A stretch of DNA of 64,000 nt from Methanomassiliicoccaceae archaeon UBA480 (lineage in GTDB: Archaea > Thermoplasmatota > Thermoplasmata > Methanomassiliicoccales > Methanomethylophilaceae): contig DAXO01000017.1 in NCBI GenBank assembly GCA_002506425.1, positions 50,817-114,816 of the forward strand, written 5' to 3'. Below are positions 41,058 to 51,318 of this stretch, one piece after another. Under the pieces are notes generated by a model. It was given only the letters and a program-made list of their open reading frames with translations. It made no database searches and was not told the origin of the DNA. Every line of letters starts with the position of its first letter. Within the stretch, counting starts at the first letter, position 1. Position numbers and translations under genes: made by a program.

Positions 41058-41910
41058 GACTCTTCGCGTGAACCGCGAGAACCTCGTTGATCATCCTGGC
41101 AGCCAGGATGGAGGTTATGCCCGAGGGGTCCGCAGGAGGACAAACCTCGGTGACATCGAATCCTATGAGCCTGTCGCCTATCATGTTGATGGTCTTCTTG
41201 ACGTCCATCGGGAGCAGACCGAAAGGCTCCGGAGTACCGGTGCCAGGTGCGTATGCGGGATCTATGCCGTCGATGTCGAGTGTGAGGTAGATTTTCTCGG
41301 CCTTCACGGAATCGAGCACCTTTTCAACGGCCTTCTCGATCCCAATGTCCATTATCTCGTAGGACGAGATGAACGGAACGGCATCGTCCCTGTCCAGTTC
41401 CTCTGCGCCGATGGCCCTTGCTCCGAGGACATAGACGTTGTCGAGGCCGAGATGATCGGCCGCACGCCTCATGACGCAGGCATGGCTGTTCGGTGTTCCA
41501 AGGTACTCGTCTCTGGAGTCGAGGTGGGCATCTATGGATATGAGCGCTATGCTCCTCTCGGGGAACGACTGGATGATGGGGATGTTCACGGAGTGCTCTC
41601 CGCCCATCGCCACTGTGAATTTCCCGTCCCTGATGGCCGGTCCGACAGCGAAATCCACTTCCGCGATCATGTCCTCGGGAAGGACGAAGTCGTCGCAGTT
41701 CCCGTAGTCGTAGATGTTCAGCACCCTTTGGTGGATGCCGTGCTCGAAATGGATTTCTTCAAAATTGTAGGAGGCCCGCCTTATGGCGGTCGGGGCCTCC
41801 CTGGCGCCCGCTTTGAAGCAGGCGGTGTGGTCGTACGGGATTCCGTAGATGACCGCTTCGGCCTCGTTGTATTCGGACTCAGCGCCGGCATAGCCGATCC
41901 CGTACGACAT
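41050..41910 (-). CDS. speB: Agmatinase
   Basis: GGEHS, DAHLD, SHAC, LDIDGIDPAYAPGTGTPEPFG; adjacent to aIF5A. Confidence 0.93.
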   Translation of the reverse strand: MSYGIGYAGAESEYNEAEAVIYGIPYDHTACFKAGAREAPTAIRRASYNFEEIHFEHGIHQRVLNIYDYGNCDDFVLPEDMIAEVDFAVGPAIRDGKFTVAMGGEHSVNIPIIQSFPERSIALISIDAHLDSRDEYLGTPNSHACVMRRAADHLGLDNVYVLGARAIGAEELDRDDAVPFISSYEIMDIGIEKAVEKVLDSVKAEKIYLTLDIDGIDPAYAPGTGTPEPFGLLPMDVKKTINMIGDRLIGFDVTEVCPPADPSGITSILAARMINEVLAVHAKSLD

Positions 41911-41919
41911 TTTCTCGCC

Positions 41920-42297
41920 TCACATTATCTTGTATCTGCCCATGGCCTCGAGGTACAGGATCTCTCCGCCCTCGTTCAGGGGCTGCTCGTGGTCCGCGTT
42001 GATGGGGATGGAGATCTGCTCGAACGTCTCCATGTCCATGATGAGGGCCTCGGTATCGCTGAGCGTGAGGATCTGTCCCTTCCTCTTGTCGATAACGGGC
42101 ACCTGAACCTTGGTGCTGACAGGTCCGACGATGGACTTCTTTGCGCCGGTGAAGATGCTGACTGCATCGACGTTGGCCTTGGCGGATCCGTGCTTTCCGG
42201 GCTTGGAGGTGGTGATCTTGATGATCTTGCAAGGCTCGTCGTCGACGTTGACGTACCTTCCCTCTTTCAGCTCCCTGATCTCTTTCATCTCCCACAT
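41920..42297 (-). CDS. eif5a: Translation factor aIF5A
   Basis: SKPGKHGSAK hypusine motif. Confidence 0.96.
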   Translation of the reverse strand: MWEMKEIRELKEGRYVNVDDEPCKIIKITTSKPGKHGSAKANVDAVSIFTGAKKSIVGPVSTKVQVPVIDKRKGQILTLSDTEALIMDMETFEQISIPINADHEQPLNEGGEILYLEAMGRYKIM

Positions 42298-42526
42298 TGG
42301 ACTCACTCTCTTTGGTATATTACGACTCCCGAGCCGTTCAAGGCCGGAAGTTCACCCCCGTGAAGGAGGCGTCGATACGCATGTTAATTGAATTCATGCT
42401 ATCTGGCTCACCCATACGGGCGGTTGCGCATATTAAGATTACGCGCGTGACGGCGATTTTTCCTGTATTTCTCCAGGTTCATCTATCGATATGGGCCATC
42501 TATCGAGGAGTCGACAATGGTTGTTT

Positions 42527-42847
42527 TCACAGTTGGAAATCATCGGATTCGACGAAGTAATACGGTTCGTTCTCTGCCTTGCGGTAACGGATGGTCGCTG
42601 TTTCAGAGTCCGTGCCGACATCAGGGATTTTCGAGGCGAGGTGTATCGTTCCGAAGACGAGATACATGGAATACAGTCCTCCTGCCAGCGAGGCTATGGA
42701 AAGCAGCAGAATCATCTTCTCGCTTTCGATTGCGCAATAGTACACCGTTCTTGCGATACCGATGAGCGCTATGAGCGCCCCGACGGTCATAGGCAGCAGC
42801 GCATCATGATTCACCCGTTCGTCGTCGCAGAGCATTATCCCTTTCAT
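42527..42847 (-). CDS. Small hypothetical membrane protein
   Basis: 106-aa ORF with two hydrophobic segments filling an otherwise empty gap. Confidence 0.5.
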   Translation of the reverse strand: MKGIMLCDDERVNHDALLPMTVGALIALIGIARTVYYCAIESEKMILLLSIASLAGGLYSMYLVFGTIHLASKIPDVGTDSETATIRYRKAENEPYYFVESDDFQL

Positions 42848-42937
42848 GCCATCCGTATCATCATATATGGCCGTGGATCGTGCAGGCCGTCAGTGAATTC
42901 CATGGCGCCTGAGACGGAATGAAAGTTTGTCGGATGA

Positions 42938-42959
42938 GCGGGGTCCCGGAGGGCCCCGC
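42938..42959 (-). terminator. GC-rich hairpin just downstream of nop5
   Basis: GCGGGGTCC-CGGA-GGGCCCCGC inverted repeat 7 nt past the nop5 stop. Confidence 0.45.
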
Positions 42960-42966
42960 GGACCCA

Positions 42967-44061
42967 TCAATGTCTTCTAGGCTTTCCTTTGCCAGGCCTG
43001 TTCTGCCTCTTGCCCTTGTTGGATTTCTGAGGCTTCTTGGGCGGATCGGGATACTTCTTCTTGATCTCCTCGACCCTCTTCTTCAGTTCCTCGTTGAGCC
43101 TGTCTCCGGCGAATTCGCCATGGTACTGGTCGATTTTCGCCGCTATGAGGACCTTTCCTGCAACCGCTCTGGCTATCTTGCCGCGCTGCCAGTAGGGCGC
43201 GCGATGGATGTCGGGATGCTGGTAGATGACCCCGTGCTTGGGGCCGCGCTTTCCGGACCTCATGGCCCTGAACATGGCCTTCTCCGCGCCCAGCAGCTGG
43301 ACGGTGGAAGACGGGAGGGATGCGAGTCTCTCGAGCCCTCCTGCGAGCGAGACCATCCTTGCCGCCAAGGGACCTCCGAGCATGGCGCAGAGGTTGGGGC
43401 AGGTCTGCTCCACAATCCCGCGGATGTACGCCTCCGTTCTGTCGCCGTCCTCGTAGAGGCGGTCCAGGGTGTCGGCCAGGTCCATGATGGCCCTTATGTC
43501 CTCATCGTCCATGTCCGCGCCGATGGATTCGATCTCGATCCCGAGCTCCTCCATCACAGCGTCCCTGTATCCGTATCTGGCGACGAGTTCGGCGTATCTC
43601 TTCTCATGGGCGTAGTCGGCGAGCTCGGGGAAGTACATCCCGTACCATTCGTGCAGGCGCTCGCTGTAGAGGTTGATGGTGGAGATCTGATCGTCCAGGC
43701 TCCTGATGGCTTGGACCAGGTTCCTGTCGCGCGGTACCGGCTCCGAGGTCCTGAGCCTTCCGAGGCCCAGCATCGCTTCGTGCATGAACGCGTCGTCGAA
43801 TCCGTAGTCCTGCGCCTTGATGAACGAGGAATCGAACATCATCGGCTTCCCGAGCTCCGACTGCCTCCTCTCGGCCACGTAGGGCTTCTCCGCCTTCCCA
43901 GCGAGCTCCCTCTCCTCGTCGAGGATGCCTCCGCGCTGCATGGCGGCCAGCTTCTCGGCGGCCTGTTCAGCGTCCTTTGGCATGAGCCTCTTGTCGAGGA
44001 TTCTTCCGTTCTTCTCGTCCACAAGGAACGTTCCGAACCATTTGGTTACTATGATTGTCAT
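42967..44061 (-). CDS. nop5: C/D box sRNP protein Nop5
   Basis: ERLHEWYGMYFPEL, PSSTVQLLGAEKAMF, PKHGVIYQHP, RGKIARA; Lys-rich tail. Confidence 0.95.
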   Translation of the reverse strand: MTIIVTKWFGTFLVDEKNGRILDKRLMPKDAEQAAEKLAAMQRGGILDEERELAGKAEKPYVAERRQSELGKPMMFDSSFIKAQDYGFDDAFMHEAMLGLGRLRTSEPVPRDRNLVQAIRSLDDQISTINLYSERLHEWYGMYFPELADYAHEKRYAELVARYGYRDAVMEELGIEIESIGADMDDEDIRAIMDLADTLDRLYEDGDRTEAYIRGIVEQTCPNLCAMLGGPLAARMVSLAGGLERLASLPSSTVQLLGAEKAMFRAMRSGKRGPKHGVIYQHPDIHRAPYWQRGKIARAVAGKVLIAAKIDQYHGEFAGDRLNEELKKRVEEIKKKYPDPPKKPQKSNKGKRQNRPGKGKPRRH

Positions 44062-44062
44062 A

Positions 44063-44665
44063 TCATTCGACCCCCAGTCTCCTGAGTTCTTCGGTCGGCA
44101 GGTCCTCGGCGCCTCCGCACATCATCTGCAGGCGGGCCTGGAACTCCAGCTCCTCCATCCTGTCGTACGCCTCTTCGAGCGTCGTCCCCTGTGTCAGAGC
44201 GCCGTGACGCGCCATCAGCATGACGGGGGATTCGCTCAGGGATGCCACCGCGTCAACCAGTTCGTCCGTCCCCGGCGTGATGTACGGTATGGTGGGGACC
44301 CTTCCGAGAAGGAGCGCGCCTTCCGGAGTGAGGTTGCATCTGAGCTCCTCGTTCCTCAATGTGAGCGCTATGCAGTTCAGAGGGTGGCAGTGGATCACGG
44401 CGTTCGTCCGAGTGTTCTTCCTGTAGAGTGCGAGGTGGAATCTGGTCTCTATGGACGGCTTCCCGCCAGAGACGACGGTCCCGTCAAGAGAGACCTTCAC
44501 AAGGTCCTCGGGCTTCAGCAGCCCCTTGTTCCTGCCTGACGGGGTGATTAGCACGCCGTCGTCCACGCGGATGCTCATGTTTCCTCCGGCAGACACGGTC
44601 AGGTTCCTGTCATACAGTCTGGCACAGGTTTCCACGAGGGCCTTGCGCGCCTCAGTCTCGTCCAT
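44063..44665 (-). CDS. Class II aldolase (fuculose-1-P aldolase/MtnB-like)
   Basis: GGNMSIR, ITPSG, PSIETRFH, VIHCHP, MARHG. Confidence 0.9.
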   Translation of the reverse strand: MDETEARKALVETCARLYDRNLTVSAGGNMSIRVDDGVLITPSGRNKGLLKPEDLVKVSLDGTVVSGGKPSIETRFHLALYRKNTRTNAVIHCHPLNCIALTLRNEELRCNLTPEGALLLGRVPTIPYITPGTDELVDAVASLSESPVMLMARHGALTQGTTLEEAYDRMEELEFQARLQMMCGGAEDLPTEELRRLGVE

Positions 44666-44666
44666 A

Positions 44667-45665
44667 TCAGTCCCTCATGATCCCTATCTCGTCCGGCTTG
44701 AGGATCCCTTTCTCGGTGATGAATCCGGTGACCAGGTCCGCCGGGGTGACGTCGAATGCGGGATTGAGGGCCTGGGATCCCTCCGGGGCGATCCTGATCC
44801 CCGCGATGGTGTTGACTTCGTCCTGGGACCTCTGCTCTATGACGATCTCCTTTCCGGATCCCATGGAGAGGTCGAAAGTCGAAACGGGAGCGGCCACGTA
44901 GAACGGGATGCCGAAGTGCTTGGCGGCGATAGCCTTGTCGAACGTGCCGATCTTGTTGGCGAAATCGCCGTTGGAGGCTATCCTGTCCGCTCCGGTGATG
45001 ATGAAGTCCACGCCCTGGCTCATGTAGTATGCGGATGCTCCGTCAGGGATGATCCTGTGGTCGATCCCCTCCTGTCCGAGCTCCCAGGCGGTCAGCTGCA
45101 TCCCCTGCAGGCGGGGGCGAGTCTCCGATACGTATACGAAGAAGTCCTTCCCGGCATCGTGGGCGGTCCTCATCGGGGCGAGGGCCGTTCCGTAGTCCAC
45201 GGTGGCCAGGGCTCCTGCGTTGCAGTGGGTCATGAGCTTCATGCCGCTGTCGATCAGCTCCGCTCCGTACTTCCCTATGAGCCTGCACTTCTCGATGGTG
45301 GCTTCCGCGTAGGCCTGGGCGGCCTTCACGGGGTCCTCCCCTTCGGACAGCCTCTCGCACATCCAATCCACCGCATGGAAGAGGTCGTAGGCGGTGGGCC
45401 TCGCGGATTTGACATAGGATGCCGCCTTGGGGATGTCGCATCCTCCAAGCGCTGCCAGGCACATCGCGTAGGCAGCCGTTGCTCCGATGGACGGCGCTCC
45501 GCGCGTGGTCATGTTGCGGATGGCCTCCGCCACATCCTTGTAGTCGGAGAAGCGGACGAAGACCAGCTTCGCCGGGAGCTCTCTCTGATCGATCATGACC
45601 ACTTCGCCGTTCTCGAACCATACTGCTCTGATATCCTTCCTGACTCCGTCGACTAGGGCCTTCAT
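44667..45665 (-). CDS. mtnA: Methylthioribose-1-phosphate isomerase
   Basis: IDQRELP, RGAPSIG, THCNAGALAT, ETRPRLQG, NKIGT, NPAFDVTP. Confidence 0.93.
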   Translation of the reverse strand: MKALVDGVRKDIRAVWFENGEVVMIDQRELPAKLVFVRFSDYKDVAEAIRNMTTRGAPSIGATAAYAMCLAALGGCDIPKAASYVKSARPTAYDLFHAVDWMCERLSEGEDPVKAAQAYAEATIEKCRLIGKYGAELIDSGMKLMTHCNAGALATVDYGTALAPMRTAHDAGKDFFVYVSETRPRLQGMQLTAWELGQEGIDHRIIPDGASAYYMSQGVDFIITGADRIASNGDFANKIGTFDKAIAAKHFGIPFYVAAPVSTFDLSMGSGKEIVIEQRSQDEVNTIAGIRIAPEGSQALNPAFDVTPADLVTGFITEKGILKPDEIGIMRD

Positions 45666-45841
45666 GTTAACGGTGAGTCATGGCGGAGGGTGTAAAATAC
45701 ATGCGCATCTCCGAGCACTCACTTCCGGAGCTAGGGGATATCCGGCACAGTGTCGCCCAGCTGGTAGTTTTTTCAACCTGCAATACGTGGGGGACGCATC
45801 GCGATGGGACTTTCATAGACCGAATCGGCGAGGTGAGACCA

Positions 45842-46900
45842 ATGCTGTATGTTGATCCGTACGTCAGGGATACTTTCCGCAAGAATCAGCCGGAGGGAAG
45901 GAACGGCTACATAAGGCTCGATCAGAATGAGAATCCGGACGGCCTTCCCAGATGGTTCTTCGACGAGGTCATGAAGGAGATAACCCCCTCGTTCCTCGCC
46001 ATGTATCCCGAGGAGGGCCCCCTTGTGAAGAAATACGCCGCCATGGTCGGCGTCGGACCCGAGAACGTGACTCTGACCGATGGGAGCCTCCTCGGCATGG
46101 GGTATCTGACGCATGTATTCGGAGAGCCTGGGAAGAACATGGTCGTCGTGAAGCCCACCTTCAACATGTACGGGGTCTTCGCGAGCCTCAACGGCATGGG
46201 CGTCGTGGAAGTTCCGTATGAGGCCGATTTCTCGATGCCCATCGAGAAGATCCTGGCCGCCATCGACGACAGGACCGGCATAGTCGTCCTCGTTAATCCA
46301 AACATGCCTGTGGGCAACGTGTATGCCCCGGAGGACATCGAGAAGGTCGTGAAGAAGGCCGGCGAGTTCGGGGCACTGGTGATAGTCGACGAGGCCTACC
46401 ACTACTTCTACGACGGCTCTTCCATAGCCCTGGTCTCGAGATACGACAACGTCGCCGTCCTCAGGACATTCTCCAAGATGCTGGCCATCACCTCTCTGAG
46501 GCTCGGGGTCATTGTGTCCAGCAAAGAGATCATCCATTATGTCAACAACTGGAGGCCCCACTACACCATCGGCGGAGTCACGCTGAAGTTCGGCGAGGCC
46601 ATCGTCGACAACCACGAGAGGCTGCTGAAGGAGCTCGAGGAGAACTTCAGAGAGGGTAAGGAGTACATCCTGAAGAGGCTCGAGGAGAAGGGCTACTCGG
46701 TGATACCGAGCAACGGTTGCTTCCTGTGCGTCCGTCTCAAGCATAGGCCGGTGCAGTACGTGGCCGATGAGATGAAGAAGAGAAACATTCTGATTTTCTG
46801 CGGGTCGGGCCCCCTGGACGGCTACGTCCGCCTGTCCGTCTGCGGCAAGAAGTATATGCGGATGTTCGCCGACAACCTGTTCGAGATAGACAGGGAGTGA
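45842..46900 (+). CDS. HisC/CobD-like PLP-dependent enzyme
   Basis: RLDQNENP, NPNMPVG, VDEAY, RTFSK, LRLG; GAGGTGA RBS before ATG 45842. Confidence 0.88.
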   Translation: MLYVDPYVRDTFRKNQPEGRNGYIRLDQNENPDGLPRWFFDEVMKEITPSFLAMYPEEGPLVKKYAAMVGVGPENVTLTDGSLLGMGYLTHVFGEPGKNMVVVKPTFNMYGVFASLNGMGVVEVPYEADFSMPIEKILAAIDDRTGIVVLVNPNMPVGNVYAPEDIEKVVKKAGEFGALVIVDEAYHYFYDGSSIALVSRYDNVAVLRTFSKMLAITSLRLGVIVSSKEIIHYVNNWRPHYTIGGVTLKFGEAIVDNHERLLKELEENFREGKEYILKRLEEKGYSVIPSNGCFLCVRLKHRPVQYVADEMKKRNILIFCGSGPLDGYVRLSVCGKKYMRMFADNLFEIDRE

Positions 46901-46904
46901 CTTC

Positions 46905-47621
46905 GTGAAGACAGCGGCGATCATACTCGCAGGCGGAGTCGGCAAGCGCATGGGCGCTCCCATGCCCAAGCAGTTTCTGGAGATCAACGGAAAGCCCGTG
47001 CTTGTGCACACGGTATCCAATTTCCAGAGGAACGGATCCATAGACGCGATCATCATCGTCTGCGTTCCGGAGTGGATGGATCGCACGAGGGAGCTGGTCG
47101 AGGAATACGGTCTCACGAAGGTGTCGGCGGTGGTTCCCGGTGGAGATACCTCCCACGATTCCACCCGCAACGGCATGTTCCATCTCAGAGGATTCCTGGA
47201 TGCGGACGATCTGGTAATCGTCCATGATGCGGCCAGACCCATTCTTCCGCAGAAGGCCATAGACGAGATGATACGTGTGGCGACCGAGAAAGGGAATGCG
47301 TCTCTCGCAATTCCGTGCTACGAGACGGTGATCTACACCGAGGACCAGCTCTCGGGGAGCAGGGAACTGGACAGGAGCCGCCTCATGAGGGTTCAGACCC
47401 CTCAGGCCTATCGCTACGGAGAGATACTGGAGCTGTACGATCGTGCCGAGCGCGAAGGCCGTCACGATTTCATCTATGCGGATATAGTGGCTGTGGAATA
47501 CGGCATGACCGTTTACTTCTCGAAGGGATTCGCCAACAATATCAAGATAACCAAGCAGGAGGACATTCCGCTCTGCGAATATCTCATGGGAATCCCCGAG
47601 GACAAGCTCTTCGATCTCTGA
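46905..47621 (+). CDS. IspD/TarI-family cytidylyltransferase
   Basis: ILAGGVGKRM, PKQFL, VHDAARP, VQTPQ, NIKIT. Confidence 0.9.
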   Translation: MKTAAIILAGGVGKRMGAPMPKQFLEINGKPVLVHTVSNFQRNGSIDAIIIVCVPEWMDRTRELVEEYGLTKVSAVVPGGDTSHDSTRNGMFHLRGFLDADDLVIVHDAARPILPQKAIDEMIRVATEKGNASLAIPCYETVIYTEDQLSGSRELDRSRLMRVQTPQAYRYGEILELYDRAEREGRHDFIYADIVAVEYGMTVYFSKGFANNIKITKQEDIPLCEYLMGIPEDKLFDL

Positions 47622-48309
47622 CGGTTTCTCTGACGGCGCCGTCCTCTTCATAATAGGCTTCGACGGCATGCGTCAGGCCAATGAACAGCCCGCATTCTAC
47701 AACGCCAGGTATGGCGTTCACGCACGCTTCCAGATATGTGGGGTCGTCGATTCCGGCGAATCTGCAATCGTAGATCAGGTTGCCGTTGTCGGTGACGAAG
47801 GCGTCGCCGTCCTTCATGCGAAGGGTCGGGGTGCATCCGAGCCTTCCGAGCGATTCCGCGGTTCTCCTGTGGGCGAAACGGCAGACCTCGACGGGAAGCG
47901 GCGCGGTCGTCCCGAGTCTTTCCACCATCTTGAACCCGTCCACGACTATGATCTCGCGTTCGGTCATGGCGGCGACTATCTTCTCTCTCAGAAGGGCGCC
48001 ACCCAATCCTTTGATCAGATTCAGCTCAGAGTCCACCTCGTCGGCTCCGTCGATTGTGACATCGATCGAATCCACGCATTCGATGTCGGCGATCTCCAGC
48101 CCGATGCCTTCAGCATAGGCGGTCGTTCTGTCCGAAGTGGATACGAATGTCAGATTGTAGCCCCCGTCTACGAGCTCGATCAGGCGGTCTGCGGCCATGC
48201 ATGCCGCGTTCCCGGTCCCCAGACCTATGGTCATGCCGTTCTCGACGAAGCGGTCCACCGCTCTTGCCGATGCGGGCCTCTTCCTGAGCCATGGCGCTTC
48301 GTCGCTCAT
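47611..48309 (-). CDS. rpiA: Ribose-5-phosphate isomerase A; ends at putative CGA stop
   Basis: IGLGTG, IDGADEVD, IKGLGGALLREKIVA, TDNGN, GVVECGLF; CGA at 47611-13, standard stop at 47584. Confidence 0.93.
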
Positions 48310-49055
48310 TGGCCCATCCCCTCCAGTTCCCAGTCCTTCAGGATGCTGAGGGGGAAGCCCTTCGCTCCAGTCCGCTTATCTTCTGGAGGAGGAGTCATGT
48401 AGTCTCCGAAGATGTGCGTCAGCAACTCGTTGTTCTTCTCCGCGAGGTAGCAGGTCGTATCCTCGAATGCATGGGGCACAGGGGTTCCGAAGCAGCCCGT
48501 GCGGAATATCTCGTTCCTGAACTCGGTTGTGTATATCGTCCTTAGATCGGATCTCTTCTCCGGCAGAGCTTCTGCGGCCCTCTCGAAGAATCTCGGAATC
48601 CAGAGCAAGCGGCGATAAAGGGCGACCGAATCCACACGATCCAAAAGCGTGACGGAGATGTGTATGCCCCAAATCATGATGTTCGAGAGCGACTGCCGAA
48701 CCCTTCCTTCCGGGTACTTCATCAGAGGGAAGAGATCTATGAACGGGGCCGTCTTATCGCGAAGCTCTTTTTCGAAATCGTCTCCGCGATATACAACATG
48801 GGGGTGCGTATCGGCCTTTGATTTGTGGTAGTAGTAGCGTTCCGGATCCAGCTCGCTCCGCAGGACCCTTTCGATCTCTGGAAGATCCTCTTCCCACACC
48901 CAGATGTCCATGTCGTCATCCCATGGGATGAATCCGTCGTGTCTCACGGCCCCGATAGCCGATCCATAGCAGAGGTAGTGTCTTATCCCATGCGCATCCA
49001 GGATGTGGGATATGTCCTTGTACATGGAAAGGAGACGGGACTGGATATCATTCAT
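48306..49055 (-). CDS. LicD-family phosphotransferase
   Basis: YGSAIGAVRHDGFIPWDDDMDI, IDLFP, FGDYMTPPPE. Confidence 0.9.
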   Translation of the reverse strand: MNDIQSRLLSMYKDISHILDAHGIRHYLCYGSAIGAVRHDGFIPWDDDMDIWVWEEDLPEIERVLRSELDPERYYYHKSKADTHPHVVYRGDDFEKELRDKTAPFIDLFPLMKYPEGRVRQSLSNIMIWGIHISVTLLDRVDSVALYRRLLWIPRFFERAAEALPEKRSDLRTIYTTEFRNEIFRTGCFGTPVPHAFEDTTCYLAEKNNELLTHIFGDYMTPPPEDKRTGAKGFPLSILKDWELEGMGQ

Positions 49056-49173
49056 TGCTGTCGGATGGTCTTTTTGATATATAGCGTCGGGTTGTTATTT
49101 TCAGATCATATCGCAGTTTTGTGAAGAATTAGCAGCCAACTTCCACATCAAATGTCATGTAACATCGAATCGT

Positions 49174-50436
49174 ATGAATGATTACAGGGAACGTTGCATA
49201 GAGAAAACGATCAAGAAGAATCTGGATGTATTCGGTGCGATACTTCTGGTCGGTCCCAAATGGTGCGGGAAAACAACCACCGCCAAACTGTTCTGCAACA
49301 GTTCCATTGAGTTTGCAAATCCCGTCGACTCCAGATACTACATCAACATGGCAGACGTCGATATAATGCTCCTGCTGAAGGGCAAGAAACCGCGTCTGTT
49401 CGTTGAGTGGCAGATCCTTCCCGAGCTATGGGATGCAATCCGTTATGATATCGATGCCAATGACTTGCAAGGAGCGTATATTCTTACAGGATCCAATACT
49501 GTAGACCGCTCGAAGATACATCATTCCGGAGCAGGACGCATAGTCACGTTGAAGATGTTGCCCATGAGCCTGTTGGAGTCTGGCGATTCCAGCGGGGTCG
49601 TTTCAATAACAGATCTATTTGACAGTCAGACTGAGGTGTATTCGGAATCGAGTCATTCCATAGAGGATATCGCGAGGCTGATCGTTCGTGGCGGCTGGCC
49701 AAAGATGGCAGACGTGTCATATGAGACCTCGAGGACATACATGAGAGGGTATTGCAGGACGTTATTGGATCATGAGATTTCCTCCGTAGATGGGAGGAGG
49801 CGTGATCCTATCCGCATGAATCAGATTCTGAGATCCCTAGCTCGTAATGAATCTACGGAAGCCAGCAACTCTGTGATATTGAGCGACATCACATCCGGCG
49901 GTTATCAGATGCATGCCAATACTCTCGAAGATTATCTCGATGCTTTGAGGTCGCTATTTTTGATTGACGATCTTCCTGCGTGGTGTCCAAGTCTCCGTTC
50001 GAAAACCGTCGTTCGCACATTTCCAGTGAGGCATTTCATAGATCCTTCTATTGGAGCGTACTTCATGGGCGCAAAGGCCGAGGACCTCCTAAACGATCCT
50101 CAGACTCTGGGTTCCTATTTCGAGTCTATGGTCATAAGAGACCTTCGCGTATACGCATCGGCAATCGATGGCGATGTTTACCATTATCGTGACAAGAACG
50201 GGTTGGAAGCCGATGCGATCATCCATTTGGATGATGGCAGATGGGCCGCTTTCGAAATCAAACTCGGAAAGAAGGACATAGACGCAGGAGCGGAGAATCT
50301 GTTGAAGCTGAAGAACAAGGTCGATTCGAAGACAGAGGGGGATCCCTCGTTCCTGGCGGTCATCACATACAACGGCATGGCATATCGTCGCAAAGATGGA
50401 GTCTATGTGATACCCGTCGGATGTCTGGGGCCATGA
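49174..50436 (+). CDS. AAA+ ATPase with C-terminal DUF4143 domain
   Basis: GPKWCGKTT, ILTGS, RGGWP, FESMVIRDL, EADAI, FEIKLG; visibly lower GC. Confidence 0.88.
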   Translation: MNDYRERCIEKTIKKNLDVFGAILLVGPKWCGKTTTAKLFCNSSIEFANPVDSRYYINMADVDIMLLLKGKKPRLFVEWQILPELWDAIRYDIDANDLQGAYILTGSNTVDRSKIHHSGAGRIVTLKMLPMSLLESGDSSGVVSITDLFDSQTEVYSESSHSIEDIARLIVRGGWPKMADVSYETSRTYMRGYCRTLLDHEISSVDGRRRDPIRMNQILRSLARNESTEASNSVILSDITSGGYQMHANTLEDYLDALRSLFLIDDLPAWCPSLRSKTVVRTFPVRHFIDPSIGAYFMGAKAEDLLNDPQTLGSYFESMVIRDLRVYASAIDGDVYHYRDKNGLEADAIIHLDDGRWAAFEIKLGKKDIDAGAENLLKLKNKVDSKTEGDPSFLAVITYNGMAYRRKDGVYVIPVGCLGP

Positions 50437-50571
50437 TATGTGCTGTGTCCAGCTCGATCCTCCGCACGACTGAACGAATGCGGGTGATTCGGGCGCATCC
50501 TTGCCGGACGTATCGTCCTCTCGGAATCGGGTTAGGGTTATAACATAAGAATCGCATCACGCCCTGATACC

Positions 50572-51318
50572 ATGACCGACGGCCCTCTCACTGATTTCGA
50601 GTTGTATTACACCAAGAACGGTCTGGTTCAGGTATCCAACGATGTCAGACGGCAGATCCTGCACGAACTCGAGGATCGGAATCTGTCCCTGACCGAGCTC
50701 TCCAAGATGACCGGCAAGGCGCAATCCACTCTTTCCGTCCATCTGGACAAGATGGTCGGCGAAGGCCTGATAACGGTCCACGACGACCCCGAGGACAGCA
50801 GGAGGAAGGTGTATTCCCTGATCTCGGTGATGCTCGCCTATTCCAAGCCTCCGTCCGACGAAGCCATGACCATGGCCATGAAGGTTCTGTCCGAGGTTGC
50901 AGACGATCCGGTGAAGACCCGTGACGCTCTGGCCCGGTTCATATTCCTGGGATTCGACGGAATGGGGCTGTCAGTGGGCCCCATGGCGACGATACTGGGA
51001 TCCATCCATGCGATGGCGCTCGGAGGATCGCTGACGGCGGACACGGTCGAAGGAACCGTCGCCAATGCCCGCGATTACTACAGGAGGATGGGTTTCGGCG
51101 AGGCGAGCATATACTCTCTCAAGCCCCTCTCGATAATAATCAAGGACGATCTGTCTTTCACAGAGGACTCGGCCAAGTCCCTCGGATACTATGCCACGGG
51201 ATTCTTCTCCAAAATTCTGGAGGATTCCACCGGACGGTCGTACACCGTGGCATCGAGCGAGGTCTTCGGGACTGACTGCAACTACTTCCGGTTCACTTTG
51301 GAGCCGGTCAGGAAGCGA
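50572..51318 (+). CDS. ArsR-type HTH regulator with C-terminal V4R-like domain, 248 aa; ends at putative CGA stop
   Basis: VRRQIL...KAQSTLSVHL...DSRRKVY wHTH; CGA 51316-18. Confidence 0.85.

Noticed and set aside
42298..42526. Possible ncRNA or structured leader upstream of aIF5A
   Set aside because: Only short imperfect hairpins; no recognisable RNA family by eye.
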